A program made the translations under genes and the position numbers. A DNA stretch of 64,000 nucleotides. Source: a virus. Taxonomy: Duplodnaviria; Caudoviricetes. The stretch lies in IMG/VR virus record IMGVR_UViG_3300027971_004105. One strand, given 5' to 3'. Of the stretch, positions 18,052-27,331 are shown piece by piece. Under the pieces are notes generated by a model. That model saw only the letters and a list, made by a program, of their open reading frames with translations, searched no databases and was not told the origin of the DNA. Every line of letters begins with the position of its first letter. Within the stretch, counting starts at the first letter, position 1.

Positions 18052-18453
18052 ATGAGCATTATGAAATCTAAAATTTGGGTAACATTTCGCAGAGAAGGCA
18101 CGCACAAATATCCTGCAGCATTAACAGATCCAAAATTAAAAACTGGTGACGAATATGATGTGAGTTTTTTGGGTTATCCTCACAGACACATATTTCATTT
18201 TCGAGTGGCTATTGAAGTATTTCATGATGACCGAGACATTGAGTTTATACAGTTTAAAAGATGGTTGGAAAACTTATATGGCAAAGGCACATTAGAGTTG
18301 GATTATAAAAGTTGTGAAATGATTGGCGCTGATCTTTATCAACAGATCAATTCAAGATATCCCAATAGAGAAGTCACAATAGACGTGAGCGAAGATGGTG
18401 AGAACGGTGCCACAATGACGTGGGCAGCCAATTCATCCATAACAATCAACTAG
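18052..18453 (+). CDS. QueD-like T-fold protein (DpdL-type)
   Basis: LGYPHRHIF = LxxxHRHxF in place of QueD CxxxHGH; DIEFIQFKRWL, SCEMI. Confidence 0.75.
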   Translation: MSIMKSKIWVTFRREGTHKYPAALTDPKLKTGDEYDVSFLGYPHRHIFHFRVAIEVFHDDRDIEFIQFKRWLENLYGKGTLELDYKSCEMIGADLYQQINSRYPNREVTIDVSEDGENGATMTWAANSSITIN

Positions 18454-18461
18454 GGCGGGCC

Positions 18462-19553
18462 ATGAAGATTTACATTGTGGATCTAGAAGAAGTAGAAACT
18501 AGATATACCAAACAATGGAAAAAATATCTACCCATTCAATTAAAAAGACACACCAATAATGAAATCCAAGTGATCAGCGGAGGAGATGCTGTGAAAAGTA
18601 CCACCCCGGGTGCTTTTTTAAACTTTGGATTCACCAACATGTACAAAAGCAGACAATTAGAACAGATTGCTGAAATGTTCTGTGCGGGAGATATCAAAGA
18701 TGGTGATTATTTCTTATACACTGATGCTTGGAATCCCACAGTACTGCAACTCAAGTACATGGCAGAATTATTAAATGTAAAAATTAAAATAGGTGGCATG
18801 TGGCACGCAGGATCATATGATCCACAAGACTTTTTGGGCAGACTGATAGGTGATAAACCTTGGGTGCGTCTGGCTGAACGCAGCATGTTTGAATCATTTG
18901 ATCACAATTACTTTGCCACTGATTTTCATATTGATATGTTCTTACACAATTTGATGGATCTAGGCAGACTGGCTGACAAAGAAACAGTAGCAGAAATGTT
19001 TCACACAGGCAAAATAGTGAGATCGGGATGGCCTATGGAATATTTGGATGCTGACTTGACTGGTTATAAAAATATTGAAAAAAAGAATATTATTCTTTTC
19101 CCGCATAGATTGGCTCCGGAAAAACAACACAACATATTTCAAGATTTGGCAAAAGAAATGCCACAGTATGAATTTGTCACTTGTTTGGATCGTTGCCAGT
19201 CAAAAAATGACTATCACAATCTTTTAGCAGAAGCCAAATTGATTTTCAGTGCTAATTTACAAGAAACATTAGGAATCAGTTGGTATGAAGGTGCAGTATT
19301 AGGAGTTATTCCAATGATTCCTGATCGTTTAAGTTACAAAGAAATGGCTCAAGAAGAATTCAAATATCCTTCGGAATGGACAGAATCTTTTGAACTGTAT
19401 AAGAAACACAAAGATTTGTTAAAAGCAAGAATAGATGACTACATGATCAACTACAAAAAGTATGCTCCATTGGTACACAAACAAAAAATATCATTGGCAG
19501 AAAACTTTTTTAGTGGCAAACAACTTTACCAAAGGATTACAAATGGAAAATAA
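18462..19553 (+). CDS. GT-B fold glycosyltransferase (GT4-like)
   Basis: FPHRLAPEKQ and QETLGISWYEG (EX7E-like); ATG 18462. Confidence 0.8.
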   Translation: MKIYIVDLEEVETRYTKQWKKYLPIQLKRHTNNEIQVISGGDAVKSTTPGAFLNFGFTNMYKSRQLEQIAEMFCAGDIKDGDYFLYTDAWNPTVLQLKYMAELLNVKIKIGGMWHAGSYDPQDFLGRLIGDKPWVRLAERSMFESFDHNYFATDFHIDMFLHNLMDLGRLADKETVAEMFHTGKIVRSGWPMEYLDADLTGYKNIEKKNIILFPHRLAPEKQHNIFQDLAKEMPQYEFVTCLDRCQSKNDYHNLLAEAKLIFSANLQETLGISWYEGAVLGVIPMIPDRLSYKEMAQEEFKYPSEWTESFELYKKHKDLLKARIDDYMINYKKYAPLVHKQKISLAENFFSGKQLYQRITNGK

Positions 19554-19914
19554 AACTTTAGAACAAAATCAACCAGACAGCACAACGTATAAAGTAGATA
19601 TAAACTATCAAGCAAATGTGGGCACAAATAACATTGTGGCCAGCACAGTGAGCGTGCCATATGGATTTGGTGGATCAGGCAATGGTGTTACTACCACAGG
19701 CATAGATTTTGAAGCAGATGCAATGAAAGGTATAAACTTTGAGGATTACAAACTGCCTATTATGTTTGAGGATATCATGCCTGAAATGCACAAAATAAAA
19801 GAAATGTGTGAGTTGTATCCGTCATTGGATATTGCTTTTCAAAAATTTAAAAATGTTTACAATATTGTGATAGATGATTATGACAATAAAATGCAACTGA
19901 AAATGCCTTTTTAA
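19543..19914 (+). CDS. hypothetical protein
   Basis: ATG 19543 overlaps GT end; C-terminal YPSLDIAFQKFKNVY motif. Confidence 0.6.
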   Translation: MENKTLEQNQPDSTTYKVDINYQANVGTNNIVASTVSVPYGFGGSGNGVTTTGIDFEADAMKGINFEDYKLPIMFEDIMPEMHKIKEMCELYPSLDIAFQKFKNVYNIVIDDYDNKMQLKMPF

Positions 19915-19915
19915 T

Positions 19916-20371
19916 ATGGAAACAGCCAATAAAAATTATTTTACCATGATCCAGATGCGTGCAGCTCTGCTGAATATACATCAGCAATTGACTGAACAAC
20001 AATGGCAACCTCAGGTAATATTAGGATTAAACAGAGGAGGATGTATTCCTGCTATCTATTTGTCACACAAATTGGATGTTCCTCATCATGTGTTAAATGT
20101 AAGTTTACGAGATCATGCTGATACTCCTGATTTACACACATTGGAAAAAGTATATGCTTGGCAAAAAAGAGTATTGATAGTGGATGATATCAATGATACA
20201 GGTGCCACATTTAATTATATTATGAATAACTTTGGCAAACCAGAAAGATTAAAGTTTGCTGTGATATTGCACAACACAGTGAGCACCTACAAAGATATAG
20301 ATTACAAAGGTTATGAAATCAACAAACTGGAAGATCCACGTTGGATAGTGTTTCCTTGGGAGCAATGGTAG
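19916..20371 (+). CDS. type I phosphoribosyltransferase (purine PRT-like)
   Basis: LGLNRGG and LIVDDINDTGAT PRPP-binding loop; WIVFPWE. Confidence 0.9.
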   Translation: METANKNYFTMIQMRAALLNIHQQLTEQQWQPQVILGLNRGGCIPAIYLSHKLDVPHHVLNVSLRDHADTPDLHTLEKVYAWQKRVLIVDDINDTGATFNYIMNNFGKPERLKFAVILHNTVSTYKDIDYKGYEINKLEDPRWIVFPWEQW

Positions 20372-20372
20372 T

Positions 20373-20750
20373 ATGGAAAAAATTGACACTTTGAATCAAG
20401 CTCAAAAAGAAGGCAGAACTCCTTGGACCAAAGTGATATATGATTTGAAAGATTGTGTGTGGTATGAGGATGGATATCCTGTGACAGAAGGACATGCATT
20501 GTTGGTACCCAAACAAGCCAGTCAAAATATGATTGTGAAATGTTTTGAATTAGCATTGAAAATTGGCAATGAAAATATTGCCAAAGGGTTGATTGACGGC
20601 TACAACATAGGTATCAACATGGGCGAGGCAGCAGGTCAAACTGTTCCTTATCCGCATGTTCATTTGATTCCAAGACGCAAGGGTGACATGGAAGATCCTA
20701 GGGGTGGTGTGCGTCATGTGATCCCTCACAAAGGAAATTATAAAAAATGA
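20373..20750 (+). CDS. HIT-family hydrolase
   Basis: GHALLVPK, AAGQTVPYPHVHLIPR. Confidence 0.88.
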   Translation: MEKIDTLNQAQKEGRTPWTKVIYDLKDCVWYEDGYPVTEGHALLVPKQASQNMIVKCFELALKIGNENIAKGLIDGYNIGINMGEAAGQTVPYPHVHLIPRRKGDMEDPRGGVRHVIPHKGNYKK

Positions 20751-21574
20751 GCAGAGCACTTTTCATAGGAGACAGTCACACTTGTGGATATGTCACTGTG
20801 CCTAACAAAACAGGTCCAGGCAGTTATACCTATTGGAATGATAACAACTATGCTGAAATTTACAACACAGTGAACGATAAACCCGTGAGTATCTATGCAC
20901 ATGCTGGAACAACTAATAGAATGTACACTGATTGGATGAAACACATGTTTAACACATTTCCAGACACCGATGAAGTTTTTCTTTGTTTGGCTCCATTGAA
21001 TAGATTTGTGTTGGCTTTTGATGAGAAACTCACAGATGAAGCACTGCCTTTGGATTATTTTGTGCATGAATGTGTGGAAAGCACACCCACAGTAAAAAAG
21101 TATATGGATCTATTGGTCAAAGAAGGCAGAGTGCAATTGTACAACAAACCCACAGCAGAAGATTATGAAAAGTTTCCAGGTTTAAAAATTTCTGAAACAG
21201 ATGGATTGCAACAACCAGACGTAAGAAAAAACACATTTATGGAGATAAAATTATTTTTTGAATTGAACACACATTTGGAAAGACGTGATTTTTTATTGAA
21301 TGTGTTTGCTTGGGATAGAATCTGTGCTGAAAACAATGCCAAACTTTATGTGTTTAATTTTATGAATAGATTGAAATGGCCCAAGAGTTTGGAATATTAC
21401 GGTGCATTAAAAAATACCACAGTAGCAGAAAAAACTGTTGAGCAATATATGTTGGACAATGGTATTGATCCTCAAAAATATTTGCTGCATGACAAAGAAC
21501 ATTACAATACAGAATATCACAAAACGATTGTGGAAAAATACATACCATGGATAAAAAATCAAAAAAAATCCTAA
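20747..21574 (+). CDS. SGNH/GDSL-like hypothetical protein
   Basis: FIGDSHT block I and C-terminal DKEH (DxxH). Confidence 0.55.
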   Translation: MSRALFIGDSHTCGYVTVPNKTGPGSYTYWNDNNYAEIYNTVNDKPVSIYAHAGTTNRMYTDWMKHMFNTFPDTDEVFLCLAPLNRFVLAFDEKLTDEALPLDYFVHECVESTPTVKKYMDLLVKEGRVQLYNKPTAEDYEKFPGLKISETDGLQQPDVRKNTFMEIKLFFELNTHLERRDFLLNVFAWDRICAENNAKLYVFNFMNRLKWPKSLEYYGALKNTTVAEKTVEQYMLDNGIDPQKYLLHDKEHYNTEYHKTIVEKYIPWIKNQKKS

Positions 21575-22164
21575 TCATTGGTGATAGTTTTGCTTGTGAG
21601 TGGCCCAATGGCCTTGCTGGATGGCCCGCTCAGTTGGCTCAACAACATGATGTGACCAATTTGGCTCAGGCAGGTGTGGGCGAATATAAAATATTAAGAC
21701 AACTGCTAAACTTTACCAAAGAAAATCCTTGGTGGCAGCATGACTATGATTGTGTGATTGTGTGTCATACCAGTCCCAGCAGAGTACACACTCCCGTTCA
21801 TCCCATACACAAACAAGGACTGCACAAAGATTGTGATCTCATATGGAATGACATTGAATCTCGCAACAGTTGGTTCAATAAAAGTTTAGACACTGCTAAA
21901 AATTGGTTCAAGTATCACTATGATGATCAATACCAAAAAGACATCTACAGATTGATACGCAGAGATATCAACAGAAAACTGGAGCAAATCACCAGTTTAC
22001 ACATAGATAATTTTGGTATCAGTAACCATTTTGTTGAGGAACAGAATCTGTTGGACTTCAGTATGATCTGGCCTAACTACAGAGGAGAAATTAATCATTA
22101 CAATGATGAAGGAAACCAAATTGTTTTGGCACAAATCATTGACAAACTGGAACAAATCTGTTAA
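21547..22164 (+). CDS. SGNH/GDSL-like hypothetical protein
   Basis: IIGDSFA, NLAQAGVG and C-terminal INHY. Confidence 0.55.
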   Translation: MDKKSKKILIIGDSFACEWPNGLAGWPAQLAQQHDVTNLAQAGVGEYKILRQLLNFTKENPWWQHDYDCVIVCHTSPSRVHTPVHPIHKQGLHKDCDLIWNDIESRNSWFNKSLDTAKNWFKYHYDDQYQKDIYRLIRRDINRKLEQITSLHIDNFGISNHFVEEQNLLDFSMIWPNYRGEINHYNDEGNQIVLAQIIDKLEQIC

Positions 22165-22167
22165 AAT
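22139..22167 (+). promoter_or_regulatory. sigma70 promoter with extended -10, upstream of folE
   Basis: TTGACA-17 bp-TAAAAT with TGn; AAGGAG SD. Confidence 0.78.
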
Positions 22168-22187
22168 AATACAATATAAGGAGTATA

Positions 22188-22874
22188 ATGAAAGTATCAG
22201 AAAAGATTAAACAAAGACTGATTGCGGCTGGCGTGAACTATCATGCTGATGACAATATTTCAGCCTACATCGAAAAAGATGAATTGTCTCTGCTGGAACA
22301 AGAATTAACAGAATCATTCCGATCTGTGCTAAACAGTCTTGTGATTGATACTGACAATGATCCTAATAGTAAAAACACAGCACATAGATTGGCCAAAATG
22401 TATTTGACAGAAATCATGAGCGGAAGATATGAATCTAGACCCGATGCCACAGCATTTCCCAATGTGGGAGGAAATGCTTACACAGGCATGTTGGTGGTGC
22501 GTAGTGAATTAAAATCTATCTGCAGTCATCATCATCAACCAGTGAGCGGTGTGGCGTATATTGGAATCATACCCAATGGCAAAGTGATAGGATTGAGCAA
22601 ATACACAAGAATAGCACAATGGTGTGCTAGAAGAGGCACACTGCAAGAGTCTTTGTGCAATGACATAGCACATGAAATTGAAATGGCCACTGGCAGCAGA
22701 AACATAGGTGTTTACATACAAGCCACACATGGCTGTTGTGAAAACCGAGGCATAATGGCACACAGTTCATTGACTCAGACCACTGTGTTAAAAGGTGCTT
22801 TCAAAGATGATGCTGGCACTAAAAAAGAATTTATGGATAATATTAACCTGCAACAACAATTTGCACCAAGATAG
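22188..22874 (+). CDS. folE: GTP cyclohydrolase I
   Basis: SICSHHH, IGLSKYTRI, RGTLQE, HGCCENRG. Confidence 0.95.
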   Translation: MKVSEKIKQRLIAAGVNYHADDNISAYIEKDELSLLEQELTESFRSVLNSLVIDTDNDPNSKNTAHRLAKMYLTEIMSGRYESRPDATAFPNVGGNAYTGMLVVRSELKSICSHHHQPVSGVAYIGIIPNGKVIGLSKYTRIAQWCARRGTLQESLCNDIAHEIEMATGSRNIGVYIQATHGCCENRGIMAHSSLTQTTVLKGAFKDDAGTKKEFMDNINLQQQFAPR

Positions 22875-22883
22875 GAGACACAG

Positions 22884-23087
22884 ATGACCAATAAAGAAGG
22901 ACCATTTTACGCAGCATTCGGAGGTGATACCACAGGTATTATCAAACAAGAATTAATCACTTACAAAGTTAAAGATGGTGTGCTGTACAAAGAAACAGTG
23001 AAGAGAGATTATCACAGCCAAGGAGATTACATTGATTCATGTGAGTCAATTCCTTTGAAAGAAAACAAACATGAACATACAGCCTAA
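22884..23087 (+). CDS. hypothetical protein
   Basis: GGAG SD; 67 aa. Confidence 0.65.
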   Translation: MTNKEGPFYAAFGGDTTGIIKQELITYKVKDGVLYKETVKRDYHSQGDYIDSCESIPLKENKHEHTA

Positions 23088-23238
23088 AGACACCAGTAAA
23101 GGTCATTTCTATGTGTCACTAATCAAGAGTGCATTTAGAATCATTGCAGGCATTAGTTTAATATTTGGTAACTTTATTACTGCTGGATTTTTATTCATAC
23201 TGGCAGAATTATTAGGAGTGGTAGAGGAATTAGTATAA
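23071..23238 (+). CDS. small membrane protein, 55 aa, absent from the ORF track
   Basis: Hand translation MNIQPKDTSKGHFYVSLIKSAFRIIAG...LAELLGVVEELV*; TAATG coupling to queE. Confidence 0.7.
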   Translation: MNIQPKDTSKGHFYVSLIKSAFRIIAGISLIFGNFITAGFLFILAELLGVVEELV

Positions 23239-24098
23239 TGAGCAAAATTAAAATAGCAGAATTATTTTACAGCATACAAGGAGAAGGCAGGTACATGGGT
23301 GTGCCTTCAGTGTTCTTGAGAACATTTGGCTGCAACTTTACTTGTGCTGGCTTTGGTTTGCCTCGAGGCATGCGTAGTGATGAGAATGACAAAGTATTTG
23401 AACAGCACAAACAATTTCCTTTTAAAAGCTATGAAGAATTGCCATTGGTGAACACAGGCTGTGATTCGTATGCATCTTGGGATCCTCGATTCAAAGATTT
23501 ATCTCCCATGCTGACATCAGATGCTATTGTGGAAAGAACAATGGAAATATTGCCACACAAACAATGGGTGGATGAACATTTTATATTCACAGGCGGTGAA
23601 CCATTGCTGGGTTGGCAACGTGCTTATCCAGATGTATTGGAACATGCAAAGATGCAGGCTTTAAAAGAGATCACTTTTGAAACCAATGGCACACAAAAAC
23701 TACACAAAGATTTTAAAGATTATTTGACTCAATGGAATCAGAAGAATGGTAGAACTAAAGAATCCATATCATTCTCTGTGAGTGCAAAATTAAGTGTGAG
23801 CGGAGAAAAACGTGAAGAAGCTATACTGCCTGAAGTGGTGGCAGAATATGGAGATGTAGGGCATGTGTATTTGAAATTTGTGGTGGCCACCAAGGAAGAT
23901 GCTGATGAGGCATTCCAAGCAGTGGCTGATTATCGTAAAGCAGGATTCTCGGGATCAGTTTATTTGATGCCTGTGGGTGGAGTAGAAAGTGTCTATCATA
24001 TGAACAATAGAACAGTGGCAGAACTGGCAATGAAGATGGGATATAGATACAGTGATAGATTACAGGTGCCATTGTTTAAAAACGCATGGGGTACATAA
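23238..24098 (+). CDS. queE: 7-carboxy-7-deazaguanine synthase (radical SAM)
   Basis: ELFYSIQGEG, FLRTFGCNFTC...GCDS, FTGGEPLL, FETNGT, SVSAK, RLQ. Confidence 0.92.
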   Translation: MSKIKIAELFYSIQGEGRYMGVPSVFLRTFGCNFTCAGFGLPRGMRSDENDKVFEQHKQFPFKSYEELPLVNTGCDSYASWDPRFKDLSPMLTSDAIVERTMEILPHKQWVDEHFIFTGGEPLLGWQRAYPDVLEHAKMQALKEITFETNGTQKLHKDFKDYLTQWNQKNGRTKESISFSVSAKLSVSGEKREEAILPEVVAEYGDVGHVYLKFVVATKEDADEAFQAVADYRKAGFSGSVYLMPVGGVESVYHMNNRTVAELAMKMGYRYSDRLQVPLFKNAWGT

Positions 24099-24487
24099 TG
24101 GAGAAAAAAGATATGGGAATATTTGATAAAGTTAAAAAAATATTTAAAAAAGAAGACACAACAGAAAACAAAAGCGAATCACATCAAGCATTGTTGCGTG
24201 AAAAAGAAGCAGCAACCAAAGAAGGCAAGCCTTGGGTGGCAGTGTTGGAGACTCACGTGAACAAAGAAAACATCAGAAATGGATTTTTTGAACTGGATTG
24301 GAACAATGCTTTCATAGAGGATTTATTAGATGCAGGTTACAAAGGTGAAACCAATGAAGAAATAGTGGAAGGTTGGTTTAGAGAAGTCACTAGAAACGTG
24401 CTGAAGGATCAAGGACAGGACGCCACACGTGATGCTGGATACATCAATGTGAACAAATTAGGAAAAGATAGATCGGAAATCAGTTAA
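24098..24487 (+). CDS. conserved hypothetical protein
   Basis: TAATG coupling; GFFELDWN motif. Confidence 0.7.
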   Translation: MEKKDMGIFDKVKKIFKKEDTTENKSESHQALLREKEAATKEGKPWVAVLETHVNKENIRNGFFELDWNNAFIEDLLDAGYKGETNEEIVEGWFREVTRNVLKDQGQDATRDAGYINVNKLGKDRSEIS

Positions 24488-25488
24488 TGACCTACTTGCT
24501 TGTGGATTTAGCCAATGTATTTTTTAGATCACGTCACGTAACTGACGGAAGTCTTAATGATAAGATTGGTATGGCTCTACATATTACTCTTAACGGTGTA
24601 AGAAAAGTATGGAAAGATTTCAAAGGAGACCATGTGGTATTCTGTTTGGAAGGACGCAGTTGGCGCAAAGATTATTATCTTCCATACAAACGCAATAGAT
24701 CTGATGCTCGTGCAGCACTCACAGCCAAAGAAAAAGAAGAAGAAACAATATTTTGGGAAACTTTTGATAATTTTAAAGAATTTATACAAACTAAGACCAA
24801 TTGCACAGTGTTGCAAAATCCAAGATTAGAAGCAGATGATTTAATCTCTGCTTGGATACAAGCTCATCCCAAAGACCAGCACGTGATCATCAGCACAGAC
24901 AGTGATTTTGCACAATTGATTGCTCCCAATGTGAAACAATACAATGGTATTTCAGAAGTGACCATCACTGATAAAGGTTATTTTGATCAAAAAGGTAATC
25001 CTGTAAAAGATAAAAAAACAGGTGAAAACAAAACAGCACCTGAACCAGAATGGCAATTGTTTGAAAAATGTGTGCGTGGAGACAGCACAGACAATATATT
25101 TTCTGCTTTTCCAGGAGTAAGAACCAAAGGAACCAAGACCAAAGTAGGATTGCGTGAAGCATATGAAGATAGAAAAAATAAAGGATTCAACTGGAACAAC
25201 ATGATGTTGCAACGTTGGATGGATCATGAAGGAGTAGAGCACAGAGTATTGGATGATTACAATAGAAATGTTATATTGTGCGATTTACGAGCACAACCAG
25301 ATGAAATAAAACAAATTATGGCTCAAACTGTGGCAGAAGCAGCCAACCCCAAAGCAGTGGAACAAGTGGGAATCAAATTGATTAGATTTTGTGCCAAATG
25401 GGACATGCAAAGAATTGTGGATCAAGCACAGAGTTATGCTGAGCCATTGAATGCCAAATATAAAATAACAGAAGAGGTCACAGCATGA
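24487..25488 (+). CDS. rnh: T4 RNase H-like 5'-3' exonuclease/flap endonuclease
   Basis: LVDLAN, YKRNR, LEADD, ISTDSDFAQL, RGDSTDNI. Confidence 0.9.
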   Translation: MTYLLVDLANVFFRSRHVTDGSLNDKIGMALHITLNGVRKVWKDFKGDHVVFCLEGRSWRKDYYLPYKRNRSDARAALTAKEKEEETIFWETFDNFKEFIQTKTNCTVLQNPRLEADDLISAWIQAHPKDQHVIISTDSDFAQLIAPNVKQYNGISEVTITDKGYFDQKGNPVKDKKTGENKTAPEPEWQLFEKCVRGDSTDNIFSAFPGVRTKGTKTKVGLREAYEDRKNKGFNWNNMMLQRWMDHEGVEHRVLDDYNRNVILCDLRAQPDEIKQIMAQTVAEAANPKAVEQVGIKLIRFCAKWDMQRIVDQAQSYAEPLNAKYKITEEVTA

Positions 25489-25991
25489 CAGTGATTGCCA
25501 AACCCATATTGGATGGTAAGTTTTGGATATTGGAATCTGAAGGTATCAAACTGGGCACACTGTGCCGTCAGGAAGATCACAGATACATGTTCAGTTGTGC
25601 CTCAGGCAGTCGCATGTTTGACAATGAGCAACAATTGAGACAGGAATTCAAAGGAGATTGGCTGTGGGGAAATACCACTGTGACTGTGTCACAAGATCCT
25701 GCTGTGGATGCAAACTCTGTGTATGGATATCCCACTAAATTTGAACCTTGTAATCCTGTGTTTGATGTGCAAAAAAAATTACCATTGTTTACCAAAAGTA
25801 AAAAATCCAAATCATTGTATTGTGCTGGATATTATGTTATTAAATTTGAAAAAGGATGGGTCAAAAGTTTCTGTCCCAAACTGCTCACCATAGACAGGTA
25901 TCCCAACAAAGGACCATTCAGAACATTGCTGGAGATGAAACAGGAACTCAGCAGTGCCAACAAACAAGAAGGACACATAACAAATGAGTAA
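25485..25991 (+). CDS. conserved hypothetical protein
   Basis: ATGA coupling; SLYCAGYY and FCPKLLT motifs. Confidence 0.7.
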   Translation: MTVIAKPILDGKFWILESEGIKLGTLCRQEDHRYMFSCASGSRMFDNEQQLRQEFKGDWLWGNTTVTVSQDPAVDANSVYGYPTKFEPCNPVFDVQKKLPLFTKSKKSKSLYCAGYYVIKFEKGWVKSFCPKLLTIDRYPNKGPFRTLLEMKQELSSANKQEGHITNE

Positions 25992-26214
25992 TGCACCTAT
26001 TAACACAGCACCCATACAGCAATTGATACAACAGATCAAAGTGGCTGATCTGAGCAATCAAAAAGAAGTAAAAATTGATATTGCCACTGCCAAAAATGTG
26101 GCCTACACATTGGGCATTGTGATGAGCAGATTGGCTGGAAATTACGAAGATTTACTCAGCAAGAAAGACAAGGAAGAAGTGATTCAGGTACAAATGGATG
26201 GGGGCAAACTGTGA
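25984..26214 (+). CDS. hypothetical protein
   Basis: 76 aa, overlaps both neighbours. Confidence 0.7.
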   Translation: MSNAPINTAPIQQLIQQIKVADLSNQKEVKIDIATAKNVAYTLGIVMSRLAGNYEDLLSKKDKEEVIQVQMDGGKL

Positions 26215-26423
26215 GCATCACTGACAAAGAAATAGAACAAATAGCCAGTACCAATCTGCCCAACAACCATTTCAATCCCTACATGACTGCTCCTGAATAC
26301 TTCCAACAAGAGGGTGAAAACATGTGGATTAGATTCAAATTAAAGGCGTTTTACCCACTGCTTTGTGTGAGCCTGCTGTCTACACTTGCCCTGCTGTGTG
26401 TGCTGATATATACCCTATTTTAG
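26211..26423 (+). CDS. small protein with C-terminal TM helix
   Basis: GTGA coupling; hydrophobic C-terminus. Confidence 0.6.
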   Translation: MSITDKEIEQIASTNLPNNHFNPYMTAPEYFQQEGENMWIRFKLKAFYPLLCVSLLSTLALLCVLIYTLF

Positions 26424-26488
26424 CACTGATCCATTAGGGTTCCTTTCATTCAACCAAAAAATAAACTTACCAAAAGGCATAAATATAC

Positions 26489-26806
26489 ATGCTTAATCAT
26501 TTTTACAAGGAACACATGAGCAGACCCAAACCCATTATCCTTTTGGAGAATGTTAATAAAAAGGACTACAAATCTGAACAGGTTTTGGATGCAGAAGCCA
26601 TATGGGCCGTATTTTACAAAAATAAACCTTTCAATTTAAAGTCATCCAACATGACCACCAACTATCCAGGACCCAAATACAAGAAAGTTTCTTTCAGCAA
26701 TCCAGGCCATGCTTTTAACCTTGCTAAAAAACTCAACACACTGTTCAACGTTCAAGACTTTGCAGTGGTGAAATTAACTCAGGGCGAAACCGTCACTGAA
26801 AAATAA
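26489..26806 (+). CDS. conserved hypothetical protein
   Basis: TAAATA 26480-26485 just upstream; alternative SD-led start ATG 26516 (MSRPKP). Confidence 0.7.
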   Translation: MLNHFYKEHMSRPKPIILLENVNKKDYKSEQVLDAEAIWAVFYKNKPFNLKSSNMTTNYPGPKYKKVSFSNPGHAFNLAKKLNTLFNVQDFAVVKLTQGETVTEK

Positions 26807-27192
26807 TGGACTGGAAAACTACCTATACTAAAATATTCCTTCAACAGGCAAACATTTCCGTGAACGATAATACCATGAAAGAATATCTACCCATATGGTG
26901 GAAAAATAGTCGTATCAAAACAGAAGGTGGATTGAGACTCACTGAAGAAGGTCTTAAATTTGTTCAAGAAAAATTAGAATTACAGACTTATGATGTGCCA
27001 TTTCCATTGGAATTCACCATAACCACACAGATATTGATATTTTTAGACAAGTTTATAGATTGTCCATATTACTTGGCTGCTGATGGTATTATCGTGACCA
27101 ATGAAAAGAAGGCCATGGAACTTCACTTATTTTCAGGTGATATACGCAAATATGGTTTGACCAAAGCCATGAGTAGACCCTTCGAACAGTAA
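26806..27192 (+). CDS. conserved hypothetical protein
   Basis: TAATG coupling; GGLRLT and CPYY motifs. Confidence 0.7.
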   Translation: MDWKTTYTKIFLQQANISVNDNTMKEYLPIWWKNSRIKTEGGLRLTEEGLKFVQEKLELQTYDVPFPLEFTITTQILIFLDKFIDCPYYLAADGIIVTNEKKAMELHLFSGDIRKYGLTKAMSRPFEQ

Positions 27193-27257
27193 AGATATCC
27201 ACAATTATCAAGCATTTTAAGCCATTGAAATCAACGACTTTTTTGATTCAAAACCAA

Positions 27258-27286
27258 TTGACTTCTTTTTTCACAGATGCTATTAT
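27258..27286 (+). promoter_or_regulatory. sigma70 promoter with extended -10
   Basis: TTGACT-17 bp-TATTAT with TGn; AAGGAG SD before 27332. Confidence 0.75.
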
Positions 27287-27331
27287 GTATATAACACTAA
27301 GGCACTGAAACAAACTTAAAAGGAGTACAAC

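Noticed and set aside
22884-23238. Small ORFs between folE and queE as the missing QueD
   Set aside because: Too short, no CxxxHGH; one is a membrane peptide.
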